Assembly (NCBI GenBank): GCA_963850305.1
Contig: CAWKKR010000008.1
Span: forward strand, 1,184,001 to 1,248,000
Length of the DNA stretch: 64,000 bases
From: an uncultured delta proteobacterium
GTDB taxonomy: Bacteria; Myxococcota_A; Polyangia; Polyangiales; Polyangiaceae
Direction of reading: 5' to 3'
The notes beneath the pieces are model-generated. The model was not told the DNA's origin, made no database searches, and was given only the letters and a program-made list of their open reading frames with translations. Both the position numbers and the translations under genes were made by a program. Shown here piece after piece: positions 28,137 through 37,429 of this stretch (position 1 is its first letter; every line of letters starts with the position of its first letter).

Positions 28137-28790
28137 ATGAACCCCGGCGCTTACCATTCGGGGGTCATTTTCGAGGACGTGGCGGTGTTCCCGCTCCCGC
28201 AGGTCGTCTTGTTCCCCGGCGTGACCATGCCGCTTCACGTCTTCGAGCCGCGGTATCGGACGATGACGCGCGACGTCCTGGGATCGACGCGGCGGCTCTG
28301 CGTCGCGCAGATCCCCGAGGACCACGGCATGGACGGGTACGGTCAGCCTCGGATTGCCGGCGTGGTCGGCGTGGGTGAGATCGTGAAGTGCGACGCCTTG
28401 CCCGACGGCCGTTTCAACCTGCTCGTCGAAGGGAAGGCGCGCGCGCGGATAGATGAGCTGCCGTTTCGTCGACCGTATCGGCGCGGGCAGCTGACCATTC
28501 TCGCGTCCGAAGACAAGGCCCCTGACGCGGCGCTGGTGCGCGCCCTGATCTCGACGGCGACGCGGGTCGCCGGCGCCGTTCGAAAGTGCCACCCGGGCTT
28601 CAGATTCTGCATCCCACAGGTGACGGATTCGAGCGCTCTGGTGGATGCTTGCGCGCACTATCTCGTCCTCGACGGCGAAGAGCGCCAGCGGTTGCTCGAA
28701 ACACTCGACGTGGAAGCGCGGATCGCCCAGTGCCTCGAAGCGCTGGTGACTCAGCAAACGATGCTCGGAACCAGCGAAACGATGCATTGA
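28137..28790 (+). CDS. LON peptidase substrate-binding domain protein
   Basis: VFPLPQVVLFPG..MPLHVFEPRYR and LPDGRFNL. Confidence 0.9.
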   Translation: MNPGAYHSGVIFEDVAVFPLPQVVLFPGVTMPLHVFEPRYRTMTRDVLGSTRRLCVAQIPEDHGMDGYGQPRIAGVVGVGEIVKCDALPDGRFNLLVEGKARARIDELPFRRPYRRGQLTILASEDKAPDAALVRALISTATRVAGAVRKCHPGFRFCIPQVTDSSALVDACAHYLVLDGEERQRLLETLDVEARIAQCLEALVTQQTMLGTSETMH

Positions 28791-28937
28791 TCTCGCGGGA
28801 ACCCTGGAGAGCTCCAGGCGCAACTTCAATCCCCTCCCTCATGACGGCGAGCGCGAAGCCCCGCGGGCCGAATGATCGAACTTGACCGCAACGTGGCTCC
28901 GAGGATAACCAAAGGGAAGGCGACCTGCCGTTTTTGC

Positions 28938-29016
28938 GGGCCCGTCAACAGCGCGTCTTGAACCCCGCCAGGCCCGGAAGGGAGCAACGGTAGAGAAGAG
29001 CGGGTGTGACGGGCCC
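28938..29016 (+). ncRNA. ffs: Signal recognition particle RNA (S-domain core; may extend 28792-29122)
   Basis: Helix-8 signature GAACCCCGCCAGGCCCGGAAGGGAGCAACGG, closed by the stem GGGCCCGTCA/TGACGGGCCC. Confidence 0.9.
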
Positions 29017-29152
29017 TTCCCTTTTCCTGCGCGGCTGACGCGCTGTCCCTACAGCCGGGGCAATCGCCGACACTGTGGCAACGCGCCCCGCCACCGGGTC
29101 CGATCTCCGGGGATTTCCCGAGTCTTTCGCATACTTTTGGCGCCTCTGCGAC

Positions 29153-29168
29153 TGGCACGGAGCGTGCG
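29153..29168 (+). promoter_or_regulatory. Putative sigma54 promoter
   Basis: TGGCACGGAGCGTGCG (perfect -24 TGGCACG, GG-N10-GC), upstream of the ACT/CBS pair. Confidence 0.6.
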
Positions 29169-29181
29169 TTATGCGGGGCTC

Positions 29182-29505
29182 ATGAGCCCTAAAATCGGGG
29201 AGCAGGTCAGGCTGCTCGAAGGCACGGAGCGGGAGAGGCGCTGCATCGTGGAGGTGACGTGCCCTGCGGCCGACAACCCTCTCTATCGCGCGTATAGCGT
29301 CCTCCGGTCTCTCGGCGTGCAGATCGTCCATGCAGAGGTGCGGCGGTCGAACGACGACATGATCCAGCGCCTCTACCTGGTCGAAAACGACGGCCGCGCT
29401 CTCGACTCGCGACGACGAAAGGACGTCGTGTTCACGCTGAGATCCACGCATCGACAACCGATGGAGGGCCCCATTCGGGCGCCCCAGCTCTCGGGCGCGG
29501 CATGA
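29182..29505 (+). CDS. Small ACT-like domain protein
   Basis: IVEVTC...LYRAYSVLRSLGVQIVHAEV...YLVENDGRALD resembles the ACT domains of GlnD. Confidence 0.6.
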   Translation: MSPKIGEQVRLLEGTERERRCIVEVTCPAADNPLYRAYSVLRSLGVQIVHAEVRRSNDDMIQRLYLVENDGRALDSRRRKDVVFTLRSTHRQPMEGPIRAPQLSGAA

Positions 29506-29529
29506 GGAGAAGGGAAGAGGAGAAGTCGC

Positions 29530-29964
29530 ATGGCAATGGTTTCCGACATTCTGGTGGCAAAAGGCGACACGGTGCACGGCATTCGTCGGACGGCAACCGT
29601 GTTCGAGGCGATCGCCGTCATGGTTCGCTACAATATCGGCGCGCTCGTCGTGACGGATGGGGACGAGCTCTGCGGAATCGTCACTGAACGTGACTACCTG
29701 GGGCGAGTCGCCGTCGAGGGTCGTACGTCGAAGACGACTCTCGTCGACGAGATAATGTCGTCCAACGTGGTCTGCGTGACGCCGAGCACGACGGTCGAGC
29801 ACTGCATGCAACTCATGACCGACAGGCGGACGCGTCATCTGCCGGTCTTGAGAGGAGATCGCGTTTGCGGCATCGTGTCGATCGGCGACATCGTCAAGAA
29901 GAAGATCCGGGACCAGGCGACACATATCGAGAGTCTGACCGGATATATACAGGGACGCGCGTGA
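29530..29964 (+). CDS. CBS domain pair protein
   Basis: NIGALVV, GIVTERDY, RHLPV and GIVSIGDIVK. Confidence 0.92.
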   Translation: MAMVSDILVAKGDTVHGIRRTATVFEAIAVMVRYNIGALVVTDGDELCGIVTERDYLGRVAVEGRTSKTTLVDEIMSSNVVCVTPSTTVEHCMQLMTDRRTRHLPVLRGDRVCGIVSIGDIVKKKIRDQATHIESLTGYIQGRA

Positions 29965-30042
29965 CGCCGAGCGCCCTCCGATCCGGGAGGGCGCCGGGAA
30001 CAGTTGCAAATCACGCGCTTTCGCGGCAGGGATCCTGGGTCG

Positions 30043-30807
30043 ATGCCACCGGATCCGGACACGCCGCTCGCCGACCGAATCACTGCGTGGGGGCCATTCG
30101 TGATTTCGGCTGGGCTCGTTGCGACCGCCATCCACTTTGCGATCGAGAGGCCCACTCTCGGGTTGGTGCTGCTCGAGCTCGCAATGGTGGTTCTCATTCC
30201 GCAGCTCCTGCAGCGGAGACGGCTCCGGCGCGTGCTCCGCTCCGGCGACGTGGAGGCCGTGCTTTCGGCCTGGGAATCGTCCGTCGACCGTGTCCCGCAC
30301 CCGGAAACGATGACGCCGCTCATCACGGCCACGGCTCTCGCCGCGCACGGTCTGGCCGACCGCGCGCGACGAGCCCTCCGAAGAGCGCGGCGCGGTCCAA
30401 TCTGGGAAGCAGCCCTCGAACAGCGCCTCGTGCTCGACACCCTTCTGTCCGTCTTCGAAGGCGAGCCGGAGCGGGGAGTGGAGCTCGCAGCCGAGCTCGA
30501 GAATCTGCCGTTGCCAAGCTCGCCCATCTTGCGGGATAGGGTGGTGGGACTTCGCGCCGCGATGGGGGCTTTTGCGCGCGCGTTCGCACACCGGTCCGCG
30601 TTCGCGGATCTCGGAACCCTGAAAGCGGCTGCGAAACAGAATCCGCTCGTCTACTGGGCGATGCGCTACGCGGCTGCAGTTGCGAGCATCGATCAGGGGC
30701 AGCCGCTCGAAGCGGCGCGCCTCCTTGCACACGCGCCTCGGTGGCCCACGGAGTCGGCGTTCGCGGCGTTTCATCGGGAAATCGTCGAGCACACCGTGTC
30801 TCACTGA
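30043..30807 (+). CDS. Hypothetical membrane-anchored helical protein
   Basis: Two N-terminal hydrophobic segments followed by Ala/Leu-rich helices. Confidence 0.65.
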   Translation: MPPDPDTPLADRITAWGPFVISAGLVATAIHFAIERPTLGLVLLELAMVVLIPQLLQRRRLRRVLRSGDVEAVLSAWESSVDRVPHPETMTPLITATALAAHGLADRARRALRRARRGPIWEAALEQRLVLDTLLSVFEGEPERGVELAAELENLPLPSSPILRDRVVGLRAAMGAFARAFAHRSAFADLGTLKAAAKQNPLVYWAMRYAAAVASIDQGQPLEAARLLAHAPRWPTESAFAAFHREIVEHTVSH

Positions 30808-30886
30808 AAGCCCTCTGCGTGGAGCCCCTGCGTTGGCGGCTTCGTAGGCAATTTGCTCCGCGCCGCGGTTGGCTTACTCTCGGCGG

Positions 30887-32347
30887 ATGGCGACTGCGCG
30901 GAAGCCACCGGGACCGGAGATCCCGGACCTCGAGCGAGATCCGCGACCGGCAGCGTCGGCACGCCCCTCCGCTGATCCGCGCGTTTCCGGGCGACCATCC
31001 GGCGATCCGCGGGTCTCCAGCTCACCGCCATCCGCCGGAACTCCCCGAGCCAGTGTCGAGCCGAGCCGATCGCCGCAAGACTACTTCGGCAGCGGTAACT
31101 TCGACTCGGACGACTTGGGGGACGACGCAGGAAACCTCGAGCTGGACCTCGGCGAGGCCCGTCCGTCCGCTCGTCCTGCGACGAACCGAGTTGTCGCGCC
31201 GCCGGGGGCCGTGGACGCAAGCAGCCTCGACCTCTACGAGGGCCCTTCGACGAATGCGGCCTCCGCCGCCCGCGCTTCGGTCGTGCGCCCGGGGGTTCAC
31301 ACGTGGCCAACGGGAATGTCGCCGGATACGGCCTCGATACGGATCGACGCGGTCGACGTTGCACTGGCTGCGGATTACGGAACGGCGCCCGCCGGCATCT
31401 TCCGTACCCCCTCATACGCGCTTCGCGTGTTTCGACGAAAGCGGGTACTCGCTGCGCGCGTCACGGAGCTCGCTGCGCGTCTCACCGAGGCGGAGCGCGA
31501 CCGCGACGCGCTGATCGTTTCGATGGTGCAGGATCTGCGGGGCAGAATCCTGATGACGGACGAGGGCGAAGCCCTCTTCTCGACGGTGGCCGAGATCGAA
31601 CGGACCGCCCTCGACCGGCGATCTGCGCTCGCGGGGACGAGTGCAGAGTACGATCGTCGCGCGAAGGAGCTCGAGGAGCACGCTACGCTCCTCCGAAAGG
31701 AGGCCGAAGCAAAGCTCTCGGCCACAGGACAAGCGCAGACGTTGCTCGACGAACGAAGGCATTTGCTCGACCGTGCCGAGGCCAAGAAGAAACGACTCTT
31801 CATCGAAGTCCGCGCGATCGTAGATGCGGCCGAGAAAGCCGCCACACCGATGACTCCGGCGCAAAGCGCGAAGCTCGAACAGCTGGAAGAAGAGGTGAGC
31901 CGAAACAAGCCGGACCTCGATCTCCGCGCCCGAGAGACGGCCGCCGCACAGGCGACGCTGGACGCGGCCTCCGCCGAGCAACAAAAGGTCGCGCGGAAGC
32001 TGCGGGAACTCGATCGGCTCAAGAAGGAACTCGATCAGACGTTTCAAAAGCAGATCGGCGCGCGGAGCGAAGGCGTGGAGGCCGCGAACCAGCAACGTGT
32101 GGACGCGTTCGCGAGCGTCGGCCGCGCGGTGCTGGCGGCGCGGGGCCGGCTGGTGGCCGTCCCCGCGGAGATACTGGACGCCATCACGCGCTCCGAGAAG
32201 ACCGTCCTGACTCGAGCGACGGACCTCGAGAAAACGCTCCGCGCACTCGATTCTTACGACCGAAACGCCTCACGCAATGGTCTGACGGTTGCCGTCGCGA
32301 TCGTGGGCGCCGTGCTGCTCGCAGTGATCCTTCTCGCCCGTCACTGA
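30887..32347 (+). CDS. Coiled-coil protein with a C-terminal membrane anchor
   Basis: Disordered Pro/Ser N-terminus, a long E/K/R/A heptad region and a terminal hydrophobic helix. Confidence 0.7.
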   Translation: MATARKPPGPEIPDLERDPRPAASARPSADPRVSGRPSGDPRVSSSPPSAGTPRASVEPSRSPQDYFGSGNFDSDDLGDDAGNLELDLGEARPSARPATNRVVAPPGAVDASSLDLYEGPSTNAASAARASVVRPGVHTWPTGMSPDTASIRIDAVDVALAADYGTAPAGIFRTPSYALRVFRRKRVLAARVTELAARLTEAERDRDALIVSMVQDLRGRILMTDEGEALFSTVAEIERTALDRRSALAGTSAEYDRRAKELEEHATLLRKEAEAKLSATGQAQTLLDERRHLLDRAEAKKKRLFIEVRAIVDAAEKAATPMTPAQSAKLEQLEEEVSRNKPDLDLRARETAAAQATLDAASAEQQKVARKLRELDRLKKELDQTFQKQIGARSEGVEAANQQRVDAFASVGRAVLAARGRLVAVPAEILDAITRSEKTVLTRATDLEKTLRALDSYDRNASRNGLTVAVAIVGAVLLAVILLARH

Positions 32348-32351
32348 CGAC

Positions 32352-32714
32352 TCAGCGACGCAGAATGCCGGCCGCTTCCTGGCGCGCGCACAGGGCGGCG
32401 ATCTCCGTCTCGTACTCCACGATCGGTGTCTCGAATTCGACGCCGAGCTCCCAGACCCAGATATCGGCGAGGGCGGCCTCCCGGCGATCGACGCGGACGA
32501 CCTTGCCGGCGGCCTGCTTCGGCGGAGCCGACTCCCCGGAGAGATAGAGGTGCAGGGTGACGGCGTGGTTCGGTTCCAATCGCACTCGCGTATAAAGCTT
32601 GGCGCCAGTGACGCTGACGTCTCGAATCAAGGCAAGATCCTGAGAGTCTGCCCTCGATTCGAAGTACGCCGGAATGCAAGTGAGCTGGCGGGAGTGGGCA
32701 CGGCGGTCCTCCAT
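32352..32714 (-). CDS. PilZ domain protein
   Basis: RRAHSR (RxxxR) and DVSVTG (DxSxxG) motifs. Confidence 0.85.
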   Translation of the reverse strand: MEDRRAHSRQLTCIPAYFESRADSQDLALIRDVSVTGAKLYTRVRLEPNHAVTLHLYLSGESAPPKQAAGKVVRVDRREAALADIWVWELGVEFETPIVEYETEIAALCARQEAAGILRR

Positions 32715-32769
32715 CGATCCATGGTCAACCGGCCTGCGGTCGCGTGTCAAATCTCAGGCGGAAGCGGAC

Positions 32770-34326
32770 CTAAAGTGGAATATTGCCGTGCTTCCTCGGA
32801 GGATTCTTTTCTCGCTTGTTCTGGAGCATCTCCAGGCAGGTCGCGAGACGCTTCCGGCACTCGCGGGGATAAATCACTTCGTCGACGAAGCCGAGCTCGG
32901 CCGCCTTGTACGGATTCGCGAATTTCGCCTTGTACTCTGCCACGAAGCCGGCCCGCGCTCGATCCCTGTCGGCGGCCTTCTCGATCGCGTTCTTGTAGAC
33001 GATCGAGACGGCTCCATCGGGCCCCATGACGGCGATTTCGGCGGTCGGGAACGCGAGGCTCACGTCTCCGCGGATGTGTTTGGAGCTCATGACGTCGTAC
33101 GCGCCGCCGTACGCCTTGCGCGTGATGACCGTGAGCTTGGGGACCGTCGCTTCGCAGAACGCATACAGGAGCTTCGCGCCGTGCGTGATTATGCCGCGGT
33201 GTTCCTGGTCCACGCCTGGCAAGAAGCCGGGCACGTCGACCCACGTGACGATCGGCAGGTTGAAGCAGTCGCAGAATCGAACGAAGCGTGCCGCCTTGAG
33301 GCTCGCGTCGATGTCGAGCACGCCCGCCAGATACGCCGGTTGATTCGCGACGACGCCTACGGGGCGTCCGCCGATGCGCGCGAACCCGACGACCATGTTC
33401 CGGGCGTAGTTCTCATGAATTTCGAAGAGATAGCCGTCGTCGACGACCGTGGTGATCACCTTCTTGATGTCGTATGGCTTGTTGCTCTCCGCCGGAATGA
33501 TGCCGTCGAGCGCCGTGCAGTCGCGATCGACGGGATCGTCCGTCGCCTTGATCGGCGGGTCTTCGTTGTTGTTCGACGGAATGAAGCTCAAGAGCTCGCG
33601 GATCTGGGCGATGCTCGCGCGGTCGTCGGGAGCGGTGAGGTGTGCCACGCCGCTTTTCGCCGCGTGGGCGCTCGCGCCGCCCAGTGTCTCTTTGCTCACT
33701 TCCTCGTGCGTCACCGTTTTGATGACGTCCGGGCCCGTGATGAACATGTAGCTGGTACCCTCGACCATCAGAATGAAGTCGGTGATGGCCGGCGAATAGA
33801 CGGCCCCGCCGGCACACGGACCCATGATCGCGCTGATCTGCGGGATGACGCCGCTCGCCAGGGTGTTCCGGAGAAAGATGTCGGCGTAACCCGCAAGCGA
33901 CTCGACGCCCTCCTGGATGCGCGCGCCGCCCGAGTCGTTGAGACCGACCACGGGGGCGCCGGTTTTCATCGCGAGATCCATGACCTTGCAGATCTTCGAA
34001 GCGTACGCCGCGCTGAGGGATCCGCCGAACACGGTGAAGTCCTGGGCGAACACGAACACGCGTCGACCGTCTACCGTGCCGTGACCGGTGACGACGCCGT
34101 CGCCGAGGATCTTTTGATCCTGCATGCCGAAATCCGCGCATCGGTGCATCACGAACCGGTCGAGTTCGACGAAGGTCCCGGGGTCGAGGAGCAGATCCAC
34201 GCGCTCACGGGCCGTGAGCTTGCCGGCGGCGTGTTGCTTATCGATGCGCTCCTTGCCTCCGCCTTCGAGGGCCTTGGCGTTGCGTTCATCGAGCTCGCGA
34301 AAAAGGCTGGGGTTCTTGTCGGACAT
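32770..34326 (-). CDS. pccB: Acyl-CoA (propionyl/methylmalonyl-CoA) carboxylase carboxyltransferase beta subunit
   Basis: [35 protein letters not shown] and KHGNIPL. Confidence 0.93.
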   Translation of the reverse strand: MSDKNPSLFRELDERNAKALEGGGKERIDKQHAAGKLTARERVDLLLDPGTFVELDRFVMHRCADFGMQDQKILGDGVVTGHGTVDGRRVFVFAQDFTVFGGSLSAAYASKICKVMDLAMKTGAPVVGLNDSGGARIQEGVESLAGYADIFLRNTLASGVIPQISAIMGPCAGGAVYSPAITDFILMVEGTSYMFITGPDVIKTVTHEEVSKETLGGASAHAAKSGVAHLTAPDDRASIAQIRELLSFIPSNNNEDPPIKATDDPVDRDCTALDGIIPAESNKPYDIKKVITTVVDDGYLFEIHENYARNMVVGFARIGGRPVGVVANQPAYLAGVLDIDASLKAARFVRFCDCFNLPIVTWVDVPGFLPGVDQEHRGIITHGAKLLYAFCEATVPKLTVITRKAYGGAYDVMSSKHIRGDVSLAFPTAEIAVMGPDGAVSIVYKNAIEKAADRDRARAGFVAEYKAKFANPYKAAELGFVDEVIYPRECRKRLATCLEMLQNKREKNPPRKHGNIPL

Positions 34327-34409
34327 CGGGAGCGCGGGGGTTACCACGGAGCGCGCCCCGAGTCAGCGGGGCACGGCGCGTTCGCCTGGACAAGTGCCCA
34401 GTCGCGACG

Positions 34410-35540
34410 TCAGTCGGGCGGGTCCCAGTAGTCCACCTCCACGCCGCGATGTGTTCGGAAGCGCGTCCGCCCTTCGGCGCGCTCGACGACGTAATCCGGA
34501 CCGACCGGAACCTTTCCCATCCCCCCCGGCGTATCGACGATGAACTTGGGCAGCGCGATGCCGGACAGACGGCCCTGCAGTTCCGCCATCAGCCGAACCC
34601 CCGTCGCGACGGGCGTCCGAAGATGTCCGGTGCCCCTGACCGGGTCCGCCTGCAGTAGGTAGTACGGCCGCACGCGCTCGCGCACGAGACCGCGGAACAA
34701 CTCGAAGAGCACGCTGGCGTCGTCATTGACGCCGCGGAGAAGGACCGTGTGATTCATCACGGGGAAGCCCGCATCCGCGAGACGCCGACACGCCGCGCGC
34801 GCAAGCTCGGTGAGCTCCTTCGGATGATTGAAATGGGTCATGACCCAGAGCGGGTGAAAGGGGCGAAGGGCACGGACCAGCTCGGGCGTGACCCGCTGTG
34901 GAAGCGCGACCGGTACGCGCGTCGCCAGACGGATCGTCTCCACGCTGGGAACCTTGCGAAGCTCGCCGACGAGCGCCCCCAGCCGGGTCGTGGACATCGC
35001 AAACGGATCCCCTCCGCTGACGATGACGTCGCGAATCTCGGGGTGCCCGCGCAGATACTCGAACGCAGCGCGGTGCTTCTCGAGCGAGCGAACGCCACCA
35101 CCGCCGCCGACGAGGCGGCTCCGCGTGCAGAACCGACAGTACACAGCGCAACGATCCGTCGCAAAGAGGAGCGCGCGATCCGGATATCTTCGAATGAGGC
35201 CCGGGGCGACCTCGTGTGCCTCTTCGCCCAGCGGATCCCGGAGGTCCCCGGGCACCTCACGACGTTCGGCAGCATTTGGAACCACTTGCCGGCGGATCGG
35301 GCAATCGGGATCGATCGGGTCGACGAGCGACAGGTAGTACGGCGTAATCGACAGCGGGAAACCATGTCGTTCGGCGTCGCGTGCGCCCTCGAGCTCCTCG
35401 GCGGTGAGGCAGAGCGCACGCGACAGGTCGTCCGCCGTCCGCACCGCATGCCGAAGCTGGAACCGCCAATCGTCGGGGCCGTGCGCCGAACGACTCCGAG
35501 CGGACGTGGGTTTCGGAGCCAGGGCGAGCGAGCGCTTCAC
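34410..35540 (-). CDS. KamA family radical SAM aminomutase
   Basis: DPLGEE, RYPDRAL, CAVYCRFCTR, SGGDP, HFNHPKE and PGGMGKVP. Confidence 0.92.
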   Translation of the reverse strand: MKRSLALAPKPTSARSRSAHGPDDWRFQLRHAVRTADDLSRALCLTAEELEGARDAERHGFPLSITPYYLSLVDPIDPDCPIRRQVVPNAAERREVPGDLRDPLGEEAHEVAPGLIRRYPDRALLFATDRCAVYCRFCTRSRLVGGGGGVRSLEKHRAAFEYLRGHPEIRDVIVSGGDPFAMSTTRLGALVGELRKVPSVETIRLATRVPVALPQRVTPELVRALRPFHPLWVMTHFNHPKELTELARAACRRLADAGFPVMNHTVLLRGVNDDASVLFELFRGLVRERVRPYYLLQADPVRGTGHLRTPVATGVRLMAELQGRLSGIALPKFIVDTPGGMGKVPVGPDYVVERAEGRTRFRTHRGVEVDYWDPPD

Positions 35541-36544
35541 GGCTTGCCCTGGACGCCCGGCACGACCACCTTCGCGAGGGCCGCTCGATCGACGTTGACC
35601 GGGTAGCGTGCACGCAAGTCGCGCTCGAGGTCGGCCTCGGCCTTGTGAAGCCGCCACTCCAGGAGCACCATCCGGATTGCACGATCGGCCTCCGGCAGCG
35701 AACGATCGCGCGCCTCATTCTTCGCGACGAGGCGCACGACGTAGAATCGGTTGCCATCCTCGACGACGCGATCCAGCACGTCGCCAGGCTTGTCGATCTC
35801 GAACACGGCGGCTCGCACAGGCTCGGGTACGTGCGCGTTGTCGCTCTTTCCGGCGGCGGGAGGCGTCACGAGCCCCAAATCGCCGGCGAGCTCGTCCGGC
35901 ACGTCCGGTCCGGGTTTGTCGAGTGAGTGCCTGCGAACCAGCTCACCCCACGCCTTCGGCGACGCCGCGCGAGCCTCCGCAAGCACCTTTTCCGCGGTCG
36001 CTCGACTGGCCACGACGATGTCGGCGACTCGCCGGCGCGCCGGCTCCTTGAAATCGGCGCGGTGCGCTTCGTAGTAAGCTCTGACCTCGGCGGCTGGAAT
36101 GTCCTCGACTTTTGGCAAGGTCGAGCGCAGCTGGTTCAGCACCTCCGCACGGAGGATCTGACGGACGAGTTCCTTGGTCTCCGGCGCGTCGGCGAGCCCG
36201 CGCCGCTCGGCCTCGCGCGCGAGCAACTCGACGTCGATGATCTGATCGAGGAGCTCTTTGCGTCGGTCCGCGGTCTGGTAACGGAGCCGGTCGAGTCGAT
36301 CCATCCGGTCGAGAACCGTCTCGTAATCGCCGAGGGTGATCGTCGTGTCGCCGACATGGGCCAGGACTTTCGCGGCCAGGTCCGCCGGCAGGGAGCCGAC
36401 GGACGCCGGGGGGGTGGGCGTCGCGTGACCGGGTTCAGCACGATGGCACCCGACGGTGCTCGACGCTCCGGCAACGGCCAGGACCCAAACGCACCATAAA
36501 AACTCGCTGTTTGCGCGTGCAGCAGACCGGAAAGCGCGACTCAT
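35537..36544 (-). CDS. Parvulin-type peptidyl-prolyl isomerase lipoprotein
   Basis: SurA-like N-domain, [14 protein letters not shown] and GDLG. Confidence 0.82.
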   Translation of the reverse strand: MSRAFRSAARANSEFLWCVWVLAVAGASSTVGCHRAEPGHATPTPPASVGSLPADLAAKVLAHVGDTTITLGDYETVLDRMDRLDRLRYQTADRRKELLDQIIDVELLAREAERRGLADAPETKELVRQILRAEVLNQLRSTLPKVEDIPAAEVRAYYEAHRADFKEPARRRVADIVVASRATAEKVLAEARAASPKAWGELVRRHSLDKPGPDVPDELAGDLGLVTPPAAGKSDNAHVPEPVRAAVFEIDKPGDVLDRVVEDGNRFYVVRLVAKNEARDRSLPEADRAIRMVLLEWRLHKAEADLERDLRARYPVNVDRAALAKVVVPGVQGKP

Positions 36545-36658
36545 GGCCTTCGTTCGAAGGCGAGCCTACACCAACGGTGCGCGGCTTGGACGAAACCGGG
36601 CCTCGAGTCGATCTTCCGACGTTGCGGCGCTCGGAGCTGGGCAGTAGATGAGTCGGCC

Positions 36659-37390
36659 GTGACGGACACCGAGAAAAAGCTTCACTATGACCGCGTCGTC
36701 GTCAAACTGAGCGGAGAGGCGCTGTGCGCCAAGGAGGGCGGCTTCGGGATTGACACCGGAACGCTGAAAAGCACCGCCGCCGAACTGTCCGAGGTTCACA
36801 AGACTGGCGTGCAGATAGGCATCGTCGTCGGCGGCGGGAACATTTTTCGCGGCCTTCGGGGCGCGAGCCAGGGGATGGACCGCGCCCAGAGCGACTACAT
36901 GGGCATGCTCGCCACGGTCATCAATTCCCTCGCACTTCAGGACGCGCTCGAGCGCGAAGGCGTCGCGGTCCGGGTGATGACGGCGATAGAAATCGGCAAG
37001 GTCGCCGAGCCGTACATCCGCCGGCGTGCCATGCGGCATCTCGACCGCGGGCACATCGTGATCCTCGCCGCGGGAACCGGGAACCCGTATTTCTCGACGG
37101 ACACGGCCGCGGCGCTCCGTGCGATGGAGATCCGAGCAGACGCTCTGCTCAAGGCAACCAAGGTAGACGGGATCTACGATCGCGACCCGAAGCGCCACGC
37201 CGAGGCCACGATGTTCCAGCATGTGAGCTACGATCGCTTCCTGAACGACCACCTGGGGGTCATGGACTCGACTGCCGTGACACTTTGTCGGGAAAATGGC
37301 ATGCCGATCCGTGTCTTCAAGATGGCCGAGGGCAACATCAAGCGGGTCTGTTTCGGCGAGGACGTGGGCACGACCGTGACCGATCGGTGA
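36659..37390 (+). CDS. pyrH: UMP kinase
   Basis: [23 protein letters not shown] and [11 protein letters not shown]. Confidence 0.97.
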   Translation: MTDTEKKLHYDRVVVKLSGEALCAKEGGFGIDTGTLKSTAAELSEVHKTGVQIGIVVGGGNIFRGLRGASQGMDRAQSDYMGMLATVINSLALQDALEREGVAVRVMTAIEIGKVAEPYIRRRAMRHLDRGHIVILAAGTGNPYFSTDTAAALRAMEIRADALLKATKVDGIYDRDPKRHAEATMFQHVSYDRFLNDHLGVMDSTAVTLCRENGMPIRVFKMAEGNIKRVCFGEDVGTTVTDR

Positions 37391-37429
37391 GGCCATTTCC
37401 GGACGGCCTGCTAAGGTTCGCCCCGAACC

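Noticed and set aside
34410..35540. KamA radical SAM gene as part of a RiPP or pyrrolysine cluster
   Set aside because: There is no precursor peptide, SPASM domain or pathway neighbours; the context is housekeeping.
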